Under the pieces are notes generated by a model. It saw only the letters and a program-made list of their open reading frames with translations, was not told the origin of the DNA and did not search any database. A stretch of 64,000 bases of DNA from Flavobacteriales bacterium (GTDB lineage: Bacteria; Bacteroidota; Bacteroidia; Palsa-965). Numbering within the stretch: the stretch's first letter is position 1; the number at the start of each line of letters is the position of its first letter. The stretch is taken from positions 96,001 through 160,000 of the forward strand of contig JBEIPA010000010.1 of assembly GCA_040377305.1 (NCBI GenBank), read 5' to 3'. Positions 20,355-29,848 of this stretch are shown here, piece after piece. A program made the position numbers and the translations under genes.

Positions 20355-20930
20355 ATGAAAGCGACAAAAAGATCAGCAATACCGAATGAAAGAATCATGA
20401 ATCGGATTTATTTCATTCGGGGACAAAAAGTGTTGATCGACAAAGATCTGGCATCACTCTACGCCGTTGAAACCAAAACATTGAATCGTGCTGTTCAACG
20501 TAACATCAAAAGGTTCCCGGCCGACTTTATGTTCCAACTCACTCCTGAAGAGACTGAAAACTTGAGGTACCAAATTGGCACCTCAAGCTGGGGCGGTAAC
20601 AGAAGAATGCCACATGTATTCACCGAGCAAGGTGTTGCCATGCTTTCAGGTGTTCTAAATAGTGAGCGGGCAATAATGGTGAACATTCAGATCATGCGCG
20701 TCTTTACGGAAGTCCGCAAAATGTTATTCGATAACTCCGAACTCCGCCTTGCTATTGAGCAAATCAGAAAGAAGACAGAAAACAACACGAAAAATATTGA
20801 AGTGGTTTTCCGGTATTTCGACGACTTTCTCGCGGCAAAAGAAAAAGAGAAACGCAAAGCAAGGAAATCTCCAATTGGATTTAAGCTCCCGAACACGACA
20901 CGAAAAAAAGTGGTTCGCAGAAAATCATGA
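20355..20930 (+). CDS. ORF6N-domain (KilA-N-like) DNA-binding protein
   Basis: IRGQKVLIDKDLASLYAVETKTLNRAVQRNIKRFPADFMFQLT...FTEQGVAMLSGVLNSERAIMVNIQIMRVF; coiled coil and PIGF tail. Confidence 0.9.
   Translation: MKATKRSAIPNERIMNRIYFIRGQKVLIDKDLASLYAVETKTLNRAVQRNIKRFPADFMFQLTPEETENLRYQIGTSSWGGNRRMPHVFTEQGVAMLSGVLNSERAIMVNIQIMRVFTEVRKMLFDNSELRLAIEQIRKKTENNTKNIEVVFRYFDDFLAAKEKEKRKARKSPIGFKLPNTTRKKVVRRKS
20561..20587. repeat. Intragenic copy of the 27-bp palindrome
   Basis: CTTGAGGTACCAAATTGGCACCTCAAG, the exact reverse complement of array copies 4-6; encodes (N)LRYQIGTSS. Confidence 0.97.
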
Positions 20931-20945
20931 GTGCTGTTCTAACTG

Positions 20946-20978
20946 AATCTTGAGGTACCAATTTGGCACCTCAAGATT
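20946..20978. repeat. Downstream copy of the palindrome, extended to 33 bp and overlapping the bioA stop
   Basis: AATCTTGAGGTACCAATTTGGCACCTCAAGATT; core 20949-20975 is the exact reverse complement of copy 2. Confidence 0.97.
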
Positions 20979-22242
20979 GTTTTGCACTCAGAAATTCCTG
21001 AATACTATTAAACACTTTCCGGAGTTGCTCGCTGGAAATGCAATACGGCGGTATCACATAAATCACATTACCAAGTGGCCGGATGATTATTCCGCGTTCG
21101 TGAAAAAATGGCGCGACCTTCTCTCCTACTGCTGCGAGATAACCGTGCTCTTGCGATTTCAACTCAACGGCCAATATGGTTCCACATGCCCGTGCATCTT
21201 TTACAAGAGGGTTTCCCAGAAACCATTCAGCTGCTTCGCGCATTGATTCAATCAGTCCTTGTATCTCGTTCCTGGTCTTCGGCAATTCAAGCAATTCTAA
21301 ACTAGCTACACTTGCTGCGCATGCCAACGGATTGGCGGTGTACGAATGCCCATGAAAGAATGTCTTCGTTCGATCTGCGGTTTCGTATGCAGAATAAATT
21401 TCCTTCGTACACAATGTTGCACCCAGCGGCATGAATCCACCCGTCAATCCTTTTGACAAACAAATGATATCCGGTTTGTGTTTGCAGCCGTCTGTCGCGA
21501 ACATTTTTCCTGTGCGACCGAATCCAGTCATGACTTCATCGGCGATGGTTATCACGCCGTGTTGCTTACACACTGCAATTAAGTTGTCAAGTGCGGCGTG
21601 CGAGTACATGATCATTCCAGCAGCACCTTGCACGATGGGTTCGAAAATGAATGCAGCCGAATTGGCATCGAGGGTTTTCTTAAGCGCGGTTATTGATTCC
21701 TCTTCTCTTCCTGGTACAGGAACCGGGATGTGAATCACTTCAAACAAAAATGGACTGAACGCGTTGCTGAAAACATTTCTTGCACCAACGGACATACTTC
21801 CGAACGTATCTCCGTGGTATGCGTTTTCAAATGCAATTACTTTTGTGCGTGGAGTTACTTTGTTGTGCCAGTATTGGAAGGCCATTTTCAGTGCGACTTC
21901 TACTGAAGTTGAGCCATCGTCACTGTAAAACACCTTGTCCATGTAAGGCAACTGTGATTTCAGTTTTTCGGCGAGAGCTACTGCAGGTTCATGTGTGTAT
22001 CCCGAAAACAACACATGCTCCATCTGATCGAGCTGCTGTTTGATTGCTTTCGTGATATGCGGATTGCAATGGCCGTGAATGTTCACCCACCAGGATGAAA
22101 TGGCATCGATATAGGTGTTGTTGTTTTCATCGAACAACAGTGCTCCTTTGCCACGAACCATGGCAACATTAGGTTCGGTGCCAATTTGTGGTGTGAACGG
22201 ATGCCAGATGTGTTGCTTGTCGCGATCGGAAAGAGAACTCAC
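20971..22242 (-). CDS. bioA: Adenosylmethionine-8-amino-7-oxononanoate aminotransferase
   Basis: IWHPFT, DAISSWWVNIHGH, YHGDTFG, DEVMTGFGRTG, SKGLTGG, HGHSYTAN. Confidence 0.96.
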   Translation of the reverse strand: MSSLSDRDKQHIWHPFTPQIGTEPNVAMVRGKGALLFDENNNTYIDAISSWWVNIHGHCNPHITKAIKQQLDQMEHVLFSGYTHEPAVALAEKLKSQLPYMDKVFYSDDGSTSVEVALKMAFQYWHNKVTPRTKVIAFENAYHGDTFGSMSVGARNVFSNAFSPFLFEVIHIPVPVPGREEESITALKKTLDANSAAFIFEPIVQGAAGMIMYSHAALDNLIAVCKQHGVITIADEVMTGFGRTGKMFATDGCKHKPDIICLSKGLTGGFMPLGATLCTKEIYSAYETADRTKTFFHGHSYTANPLACAASVASLELLELPKTRNEIQGLIESMREAAEWFLGNPLVKDARACGTILAVELKSQEHGYLAAVGEKVAPFFHERGIIIRPLGNVIYVIPPYCISSEQLRKVFNSIQEFLSAKQS

Positions 22243-22856
22243 TTGAGACCGGGCCGGAAAAGCTCAGCGTACTTCGTGATCACATCGCGATTGATGATCG
22301 CTTCTTTCTGAATGTGGCCTAAACATTTCAGTCCGCTGTAGCTGAGAATGATGTCTTCTGAAAGTTTATGTGGAGGTCCATTGAAGATAATTCCCATTAC
22401 AGGAATATTGCGAAACTTCAACGAGTCTATTGAAAGAATGGAGTGGTTAATGCTTCCGAGATAATTCTGAATCACCAACACAACTTCCGCCTTGCACTTA
22501 ATGATAAGATCGACGATGAATTCGCGATCATTCAGCGGAACCATAATTCCACCGGCTCCTTCGATAACGAGAACATTGTCTGTGTTCGGCACTTCAATGG
22601 AATCGAGTGTGATTTGCTTTCCTTCGAGTTCTGCTGCTGCATGCGGTGACATATACTGACGAAGCACATAAGATTCAGGGTGAATTTTTGTGCGCTCGTT
22701 CGTAATGTACTTCTTCAGTTTATCAGAATCGGTTGAGAAGTAACTGCCGGTTTGTACAGGCTTCCAGTAATCGGCTTGCAAAGCTTCGCAGATAATTGCC
22801 GAAGCAACTGTCTTGCCTACATCTGTTCCGATTCCCGTCACGAAAATCCTCTTCAT
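22239..22856 (-). CDS. bioD: Dethiobiotin synthase
   Basis: FVTGIGTDVGKT, YWKPVQTG, IEGAGG, YLGSINH. Confidence 0.96.
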   Translation of the reverse strand: MKRIFVTGIGTDVGKTVASAIICEALQADYWKPVQTGSYFSTDSDKLKKYITNERTKIHPESYVLRQYMSPHAAAELEGKQITLDSIEVPNTDNVLVIEGAGGIMVPLNDREFIVDLIIKCKAEVVLVIQNYLGSINHSILSIDSLKFRNIPVMGIIFNGPPHKLSEDIILSYSGLKCLGHIQKEAIINRDVITKYAELFRPGLK

Positions 22857-22934
22857 ACTGGTAAAGCGCTAGGTAGTTAGGTTGTCAAAAATGGCTTATT
22901 TATCTGAAAAAAGTAAGCGTTTAGGTAAATAATT

Positions 22935-24104
22935 TCAGGATTTATCGACAAGTGACTGAGAAATGGCAGCGATCAGACGATCAATCTCAGCAGTCGTATT
23001 GTAAGAATGCAATATGATACGGAGACGTTCGCTGCCAGCTTTAACTGTCGGAGAAAGAACAGGCCGAACATCCAAACCGGCAGACTGACAAACCTCGGCA
23101 ACATTCCGAACATCGCTATTGCCCGGAACTATGATTCCCTGAATCGGAGAATCGGAGCGAATGAGCTTAGGCTTAAGCATTGATGCAGACACGGCAGTCT
23201 GAAAATAATCCAGAAGTCGTTTCAGGTCAACTCTTGCCTGTTCCGCTTCTTCTGCAAACTTCAGGCTGCAGCGAATTGCAGATAGATCGTGCATGGGCAA
23301 CGCCGTTGAGTAAATAAACGGACGTGCGAAGTTGATGAGATAATTGATCAATGTATGACTTCCGCAAACAGCTGCTCCGTGCACACCAAATGCTTTGCCG
23401 AAAGTAAACAGGCGGGCGAAAACCCGTTTCTCCAATCCTTGTTGCACGCACATTCCTGAACCGTGATCGCCATACACACCACCGCTGTGCGCTTCATCAA
23501 GAATCAGGGCTGCGTTGTAATACTCACAGAGTTCAACCAGTTTTTTCAGATCAGGACTGTCGCCATCCATGGAGTAAATCGTTTCTGCAACAACCCATTT
23601 TTCACCTTCTGATTTTACAAGCAGATCTTCGAGGTGATTCAAATCGTTGTGACGAAATGACCATGCGCGGCAACCCGACATGCGGATTCCATCTCGTACA
23701 GAAGCGTGAATGAGGTCGTCGTATATCACCGTTCCGCTTCGCGATGGCAAAGCACTGAACAATGCAAGGTTCGCGGTATAGCCTGAGTTGAATACGAGCG
23801 AAGAATCGCTGCTGAAAAATTCCGCGATTACTTCTTCGAGATAGTGTGCGTAGGTTGAATCTCCAGAGAGTAAACGTGAACCTCCTGAGCCAATGAATCG
23901 TGCTTCTCCGTTCGATTGCATGCGTACCCATGCATCGTGGCATAAATCAGCAAGCTTACCGGAACGCGCGAAACCGAGGTAATCGTTTGAGGAAAAATCA
24001 GCTTTGGAAAAATCTGCGGGACGAAGTGTACGGAATGAATTCTCGTTGAATCTTTTCCTGAGCCTTTGAGAAAGAATTTCCTCTGGTCCGATATTCGATG
24101 TCAT
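22935..24104 (-). CDS. bioF: 8-amino-7-oxononanoate synthase
   Basis: FSSNDYLG, GSRLLSG, HASVRDG, DEAH, TFGKAFG, RPFIYST. Confidence 0.93.
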   Translation of the reverse strand: MTSNIGPEEILSQRLRKRFNENSFRTLRPADFSKADFSSNDYLGFARSGKLADLCHDAWVRMQSNGEARFIGSGGSRLLSGDSTYAHYLEEVIAEFFSSDSSLVFNSGYTANLALFSALPSRSGTVIYDDLIHASVRDGIRMSGCRAWSFRHNDLNHLEDLLVKSEGEKWVVAETIYSMDGDSPDLKKLVELCEYYNAALILDEAHSGGVYGDHGSGMCVQQGLEKRVFARLFTFGKAFGVHGAAVCGSHTLINYLINFARPFIYSTALPMHDLSAIRCSLKFAEEAEQARVDLKRLLDYFQTAVSASMLKPKLIRSDSPIQGIIVPGNSDVRNVAEVCQSAGLDVRPVLSPTVKAGSERLRIILHSYNTTAEIDRLIAAISQSLVDKS

Positions 24105-24143
24105 TCAGTCAGCAAGTATTTAAGTAGGTACTTCCGGAAGAAT

Positions 24144-24881
24144 CTACTTGAGTTCATCAACTACGGATGGATCGTAACGAAGTCCGATCATCAGCGAGTA
24201 CGTTAGAATATTGTGCTTTACAACTCCGCCGGGCGAATCAACCGCCTGATTCTTGAAATACTTAAACTCGCAAGCCGGACGAAGGAAAAGATAGACGCCT
24301 GGAAATATAGCGATGTCTGCAATAGGACTCAGATTGACGAACGTACTGTTTGCGAGTGCGTCAGATCCGAAAAGATTGATTCTATCTACGTTGTTGAAAC
24401 TGAAGAAACCGAGATTCATGTTCGCGCTGAGTGAATACTTAGAACGTGCTTCGGGCCAGAAGGGAACTTCCATCTGCATGTAGATCTTGTCGAAACGGAA
24501 ACTTTCATCAAAAATGATTCCGCTTCCACCGGTCTGGCTCATCTGATTCTGAAGAACAATTTGTGTGAGAAAGAATTTTTCGAAATTCATGCCCAACCCG
24601 AATCGCAAATTGCCTGCGGGAAAGAGTACACCGAGATCGTAAAACTGGCTTGAATTTTTTGCGCGAAACTTTGAATCGCCGTTCGTAATTGCAGAACCGT
24701 TCTGATCGTAGATTGAAGTTTGGGTAAGCTCGGAAAACCAGTGTGCATTCCCCATTCCGTACGCCACATAAACCAGGTACTTTTCGTTATTCTGTTTCGG
24801 AACTGAATACCATTTCTGTGCAGTAGCCTGCGAACAGAAAATCAGAACGAAAAGTGCGAGTATGTGTAGGCCTTTTTTCAA
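24144..24881 (-). CDS. Hypothetical secreted/outer-membrane beta-rich protein inside the bio cluster
   Basis: TTG start 2 bp after the bioB stop, signal peptide, alternating aromatic beta-strand pattern ending IGLRY. Confidence 0.7.
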   Translation of the reverse strand: MKKGLHILALFVLIFCSQATAQKWYSVPKQNNEKYLVYVAYGMGNAHWFSELTQTSIYDQNGSAITNGDSKFRAKNSSQFYDLGVLFPAGNLRFGLGMNFEKFFLTQIVLQNQMSQTGGSGIIFDESFRFDKIYMQMEVPFWPEARSKYSLSANMNLGFFSFNNVDRINLFGSDALANSTFVNLSPIADIAIFPGVYLFLRPACEFKYFKNQAVDSPGGVVKHNILTYSLMIGLRYDPSVVDELK

Positions 24882-24883
24882 GA

Positions 24884-25888
24884 TTACGTCAGTTCAGGTA
24901 GTGGTAGTCCCGTCGATTCTTTCTTCGCGTATTTAAACGGCTCACGCGAACGTAATCCGAGGATTGAAAACAATTCCATGTCTTGGTTGAATGCCGGATT
25001 CGGAGTAGTAAGCAGTTTATCGCCGGCGAAAATTGAATTTGCTCCAGCCATGAAACAAAGTGCCTGTGCTTCATTCGACATTTCCAGACGACCAGCAGAT
25101 AAACGCACTACAGTTTTAGGCATAACAATTCGCGTAACTGCAATCATGCGTACAATATCCCACGTTGGAACTTTAGGCTGATTCTCCAACGGAGTTCCTG
25201 CTACAGCCACAAGCGAGTTTATAGGAACTGACTCGGGATGCGGTGCAAGTCCGCTCAGCGTTTTGAGCATTCCTAAACGATCTGCAGTGGTCTCACCCAT
25301 TCCGATGATTCCACCCGAACAGATTGTCATTCCTGCTTTTCGCACGTTCTTCAGTGTATCGAGACGATCCTGGTAATTACGTGTGGTAATCACTTCTCCG
25401 TAAAACTCTTCGGATGAATCGAGGTTGTGATTGTATGCATAAACTCCGGCAGCCGAAAGCTTCTGAGCTTGTTCTTCGGTAAGCATTCCCAACGTGCAAC
25501 AAACTTCCATTTCGTGTTTGTTGATGGTCTTCACCATGTCGAGAACGCGATCGAAATCAGAATTGTCGCGCACTTCACGCCACGCAGCGCCTAAGCACAT
25601 GCGCGATGCTCCACCCGCTTTCGCATTAGAAGCTGCTTCTTCAACTTCCGTAACGGAGAGAAGTTTCTGCACTTTCACATTCGTATGGTAACGCGCAGCC
25701 TGCGGACAATACCCGCAGTCCTCAGAACATCCCCCGGTTTTGATAGAAAGTAGCGAGCTCACCTGAACTTCTTGCGGATCGAAGTTTTGGCGGTGAACTG
25801 TAGCTGCTTTGTAAATAAGGTCAAGTAATGGAAGGTCGTAAAGACCAGTCAACTGCTCAAGTGTCCAATTGTGACGGATTTCGCTCAT
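24884..25888 (-). CDS. bioB: Biotin synthase (radical SAM)
   Basis: [41 protein letters not shown]. Confidence 0.97.
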   Translation of the reverse strand: MSEIRHNWTLEQLTGLYDLPLLDLIYKAATVHRQNFDPQEVQVSSLLSIKTGGCSEDCGYCPQAARYHTNVKVQKLLSVTEVEEAASNAKAGGASRMCLGAAWREVRDNSDFDRVLDMVKTINKHEMEVCCTLGMLTEEQAQKLSAAGVYAYNHNLDSSEEFYGEVITTRNYQDRLDTLKNVRKAGMTICSGGIIGMGETTADRLGMLKTLSGLAPHPESVPINSLVAVAGTPLENQPKVPTWDIVRMIAVTRIVMPKTVVRLSAGRLEMSNEAQALCFMAGANSIFAGDKLLTTPNPAFNQDMELFSILGLRSREPFKYAKKESTGLPLPELT

Positions 25889-26039
25889 AATCAATAATCC
25901 AAAGATAGAAATTTAGCCCTCTTTTACAAGGAATTCGCGTGCGAAGATAAACGTCAGATCGATTCCGAAATTCAGGATTCTGTCATTCAGAAAACTTATC
26001 GAATCGCGAAATTCGGAATTCCGGAATTACATTTGCCGC

Positions 26040-26714
26040 ATGCGCATTGATATCATCACAGTTTTACCCGAGTTGATCAAAGGATCTTTCGAGCATTCCA
26101 TCATGAAAAGAGCTCAGAATAAGGGTTTGGCAGAGATAAATCTGATCCAACTGCGTGATTATGCCACGGATAAGCACAATTCTGTGGATGATTATGCCTT
26201 TGGTGGAGGTGCCGGAATGGTGATGAAGATTGAACCGATTGCTGCCTGTATTGCCGATCTTAAATCGAAACGCGAATACGATGAAGTTATTTATATGAGT
26301 CCGGATGGAGAATTGTTCGATCAACCTATGGCAAATAAGTTATCCACGTTGAAAAATTTAATCATCCTTTGCGGACATTACAAAGGTGTAGATGATCGCG
26401 TGCGCCAGCATTTGATAACGCGTGAAATTTCAATCGGAGATTATGTGTTGTCGGGCGGTGAACTTGCGGCTGCCGTTGTTGCCGATGGAATTATTCGTCT
26501 GCTTCCGGGAGTATTGAATGATGAAACATCGGCATTGAGTGATTCCTTCCAGGATAATTTATTGGCTCCACCTGTGTATACACGTCCGGCGGAATTCAAT
26601 GGATGGAAAGTTCCCGATATTCTTCTGAGCGGCCACGAAGTAAAAATAAATGAATGGCGTCACGAACAAAGTGTTAAGCGCACGAAAGAACGTCGTCCTG
26701 GTCTTCAGGATTGA
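26040..26714 (+). CDS. trmD: tRNA (guanine-N1)-methyltransferase
   Basis: [40 protein letters not shown]. Confidence 0.97.
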   Translation: MRIDIITVLPELIKGSFEHSIMKRAQNKGLAEINLIQLRDYATDKHNSVDDYAFGGGAGMVMKIEPIAACIADLKSKREYDEVIYMSPDGELFDQPMANKLSTLKNLIILCGHYKGVDDRVRQHLITREISIGDYVLSGGELAAAVVADGIIRLLPGVLNDETSALSDSFQDNLLAPPVYTRPAEFNGWKVPDILLSGHEVKINEWRHEQSVKRTKERRPGLQD

Positions 26715-27292
26715 GGTTGTTGTGTTGCATGTTCAGATGCTTTTTGATTTGCGTCTGCTAGTGCGACGAGAATTTCATCGCGTTCCTTTTTCGAAACAAC
26801 AACTGTGTCTGTAAAACGATCGTGCCAACCTCTATCGCTGAAACACGAGAACGCTTCGAACGGAATAAAGCGAATAAGCGAGCGAGTCAATGCAGTTTGC
26901 GGATCGGGTGGAGTTCCTTTTTTCATCATGACTACTCTGCCGAAAATCATTTTGCCCGGTGTAGAAGCAAATTTCCATTCGAAGAAAGAATAAAAAGCAA
27001 ATGCAATTAACCAACCTGTTGGAGTTATCGTATACGCCAACGCCATTGTGACACTGTAGGACTCATGCACGCCCGAAGCAGAAATAATCGGAAGAACCAT
27101 GCCTATGCCGCTGTTCAGTACGGACAAGATCAGTGCATCAACAAAGAAATGCGAGAACCGTTCGAATCCAGTAATCACTTTCACAGGACGAACGCCCCAA
27201 TAGTCTTCTTTCGTTCGCACACGTTTTCCGGTCGCATCTTTTACTTCTCGCGTCCTCGTTCTTCGCTGTGGAATATTTGTAATGTCGAACAC
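26705..27292 (-). CDS. RDD family membrane protein
   Basis: [35 protein letters not shown]. Confidence 0.85.
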   Translation of the reverse strand: MFDITNIPQRRTRTREVKDATGKRVRTKEDYWGVRPVKVITGFERFSHFFVDALILSVLNSGIGMVLPIISASGVHESYSVTMALAYTITPTGWLIAFAFYSFFEWKFASTPGKMIFGRVVMMKKGTPPDPQTALTRSLIRFIPFEAFSCFSDRGWHDRFTDTVVVSKKERDEILVALADANQKASEHATQQPQS

Positions 27293-27876
27293 TAAATCTG
27301 CGGACCCTGTTGAGCGCGATACTGCTCTGCATTTCTCTGCGTTTCTTCTACTTCCATTTTTGTGATTGCATCAAAGAGCTTATCAGCTTCGTCTTTGTTT
27401 ACCACAAAAGTTTTTGACCATTGGTCGTGCCAGCCACGCGGCCACAAGCAGGAAATGGCTTCGAATGGAACCCACCGGCAAATTGTGCGCAAGAGAATGC
27501 GCGGAAAATCGGGGCGCTCACCATGTTCATCAATTACCACACGACCGAGTAGCATCTTCCCAGGAGTAGATCCGAAAAATCCTTCGAACCCGGCGTAGTA
27601 AATGAAATTATATAACAACGCCAGTGCAATGAGCTTGAGCTGAAGAGCAATAAGTTCATTTGGCTGCATGCTATACATGTCGGGATTCTTGAAGGCAAAG
27701 GCGAGATTGATGAGATAGCTTACGCCTTGCAACACGAGATAATCCAAAATGTAATGTCCGAATCGTGCCCATCCACGAACCACATTCACCTCACGGTAAG
27801 TGTAATACGGCTCGCCCGTGATTTTGTACTTGATTTCAACGATTTCCGTGATTTTATGTCTCCGAAAGTTCTCCAC
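27292..27876 (-). CDS. RDD family membrane protein (paralog of 26705-27292)
   Basis: RFGHYILD, TPGKM, RTICRWVPFEAIS, GWHDQWSKT. Confidence 0.85.
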   Translation of the reverse strand: MENFRRHKITEIVEIKYKITGEPYYTYREVNVVRGWARFGHYILDYLVLQGVSYLINLAFAFKNPDMYSMQPNELIALQLKLIALALLYNFIYYAGFEGFFGSTPGKMLLGRVVIDEHGERPDFPRILLRTICRWVPFEAISCLWPRGWHDQWSKTFVVNKDEADKLFDAITKMEVEETQRNAEQYRAQQGPQI

Positions 27877-27983
27877 CTGATTTTAAGTCGTTAGATTTTC
27901 AAAGAAAGCAAGATTTCTTGCTCTTTTAAGCGAAAACCGTATATTTGCACTCCATTTCGGAAAAATACTAATACAAAGTCGTC

Positions 27984-28352
27984 ATGAACCTGCTTCAATT
28001 TGCTGAATCACAGCTAGTTAATAAGTCAAACCACCCGGGATTCCGCGCTGGTGACACAGTGAATATTCACTACAAAATCAAAGAAGGTGAAAAAGAACGC
28101 GTTCAGCAGTTCACAGGTGTTGTTCTTCAGCGCCGCGGACACAATGCTGTAGCATCTTTCACTGTTCGTAAAATGTCGAACGGAATTGGTGTTGAGCGTA
28201 TTTTTCCTTTGCACTCACCTTTCATTGAGAAAATCGAAGTGAAGAAAAAAGGTGTTGTACGTCGTGCACGTATTTTCTACCTGCGCAACCTTACAGGAAA
28301 GGCTGCACGTATCACGGAGAAAATCCAAACGTCAGAAACTGCAGAAGCTTAA
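27984..28352 (+). CDS. rplS: 50S ribosomal protein bL19
   Basis: [37 protein letters not shown]; promoter TATATTTG at 27940-27947; terminator hairpin near 28374-28400. Confidence 0.97.
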   Translation: MNLLQFAESQLVNKSNHPGFRAGDTVNIHYKIKEGEKERVQQFTGVVLQRRGHNAVASFTVRKMSNGIGVERIFPLHSPFIEKIEVKKKGVVRRARIFYLRNLTGKAARITEKIQTSETAEA

Positions 28353-28528
28353 GCTACTGTATTCAAATACTTGCAGACCCTGCCAAATGGCGGGGTTTGT
28401 TATTTTTAGGGTTCGCCATTTGTTCATATTTCGTTAATCCCCAATACGCATTGAGGATTTAACTTTACAACAACAGGTGAACATCCTATAGGCTTACGCC
28501 GTAACCACTTGTGCAATTGTTGTTCATC

Positions 28529-29848
28529 ATGCACAAGTACGTCCAACTGCTTCTATTACTTTTCTCACTGGAAGGATTTTCTCAGTCGTCCTTCACAGTA
28601 ATCGGAACGCCGTACACACAGGATTTCAATTCGCTTCCGAACGTAACGGACGGTGCAGATCTCGCAACGTGGACCAACAACAGCACGTTATTAGGATGGT
28701 ACATCGATGAAAATGGTTCAGGGGGCGCAACTTGCAACGCTACATCATGTAACGATCGACCATCCATTGAAGCCACGTACACTACAATGAATAATTCGGG
28801 GAATGCATACATCTATGCATCCGGCGCCGATCGAAGTCTCGGTTCCAGAGCTGCGGGATCAACAGCAACCATTTTCTACGGAGTACGGATACAGAACAAC
28901 ACGGGACAGGCGATTACGTCATTATATGTCGACTACTACGGCGAACAGTGGTCGATTGCAGAAAACGGAGCGAACGTAAATACAAATGCATTTTCATATC
29001 AGGTTGGAACAACTGTTACAAGTTTGTCGGCAGGCAGTTGGACAAATGTACCTGCGCTTGACTTCACGCAAGTGTGGACTAGTTCACAAAGTGCAGGTCT
29101 GGGTGGAAGTGCGTGCGGTGGTTCAAGCACCCAATGCCTGGCGTTGGATGGAAACAATGCAGCGAACCGAAGGCGAATTCAAGGTTGCATAACCGTGTCG
29201 ATTCCCATTGGAGATGAAATAATGCTGCGCTGGAGCGACGTTGACAATGGTGCGAACGATCATCATTTACAGATTGATGATGTGTTTGTTTATCCGTTTG
29301 ATGTTTCGTGTGCTACAGTGCTGCCCGTTGATTGGCTTTCATTCACCGCCGAAAGAGCCGGAGAAACTGCTTTGTTGAAGTGGGCAACCTCGTCGGAAGA
29401 GGATAACGACTATTTCTCCATTGAACGACTTAACGAAAACGGATATTTTGTCAGCATCGGAACCATGAGCGGAAATGGTACCACTTCACAGCCGCATGAA
29501 TATAGTTTCGTCGATGAGACTCCTTTCATGGGAGTGAACTATTATCGGATCCGGCAGGTTGACTTTAACGGTCAATCTACTTTTACAGGTGTGCAACCCG
29601 TTGAATTCGGCGAATCGCCTGCGTTCAGCGCATACGTGTATTACGATGGTGAATTACATTTCCAGCAAGCGAATAACTATGGCAACACCACCATTACTGT
29701 TTTTGCCGACGACGGCCGGGTCTTATCCCGGATTGAGAGTGCTTCTGAAAATGGTGTGCTCGAGCGTCCTTTTGCGAGTGGTGTCTACTTCATTCGCTTC
29801 GAAAACAGGGAGGGAGTAATTATCGTGAAGCAGTTGATTATTCTTTAG
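28529..29848 (+). CDS. Secreted protein with Ig-like LPV domain and probable T9SS C-terminal sorting domain
   Basis: Signal peptide; LPVDWLSFTA...KWATSSE...YYRIRQVDFNG; terminal ASGVYFIR. Confidence 0.8.
   Translation: MHKYVQLLLLLFSLEGFSQSSFTVIGTPYTQDFNSLPNVTDGADLATWTNNSTLLGWYIDENGSGGATCNATSCNDRPSIEATYTTMNNSGNAYIYASGADRSLGSRAAGSTATIFYGVRIQNNTGQAITSLYVDYYGEQWSIAENGANVNTNAFSYQVGTTVTSLSAGSWTNVPALDFTQVWTSSQSAGLGGSACGGSSTQCLALDGNNAANRRRIQGCITVSIPIGDEIMLRWSDVDNGANDHHLQIDDVFVYPFDVSCATVLPVDWLSFTAERAGETALLKWATSSEEDNDYFSIERLNENGYFVSIGTMSGNGTTSQPHEYSFVDETPFMGVNYYRIRQVDFNGQSTFTGVQPVEFGESPAFSAYVYYDGELHFQQANNYGNTTITVFADDGRVLSRIESASENGVLERPFASGVYFIRFENREGVIIVKQLIIL

Noticed and set aside
20355-20930. Prophage inferred from the antirepressor-like ORF6N gene
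   Set aside because: No phage structural, replication or lysis genes nearby; both flanks are housekeeping genes.
19965-20978. Diversity-generating retroelement template/variable repeats
   Set aside because: No reverse transcriptase in the window, the repeats are too short, and the differences are not adenine-specific.
20950-21246. ORF MRYQFGTSR... and ORF 19835-20035, both resembling the ORF6N peptide
   Set aside because: They arise from TTG codons inside the palindromes and run antisense to bioA or out of frame over yhhQ; not credible genes.
28489-28506. Third copy of the TCS box (ATAGGCTTACGCCGTAAC)
   Set aside because: Only about 10/18 match and no -7 element at the 21-bp spacing.
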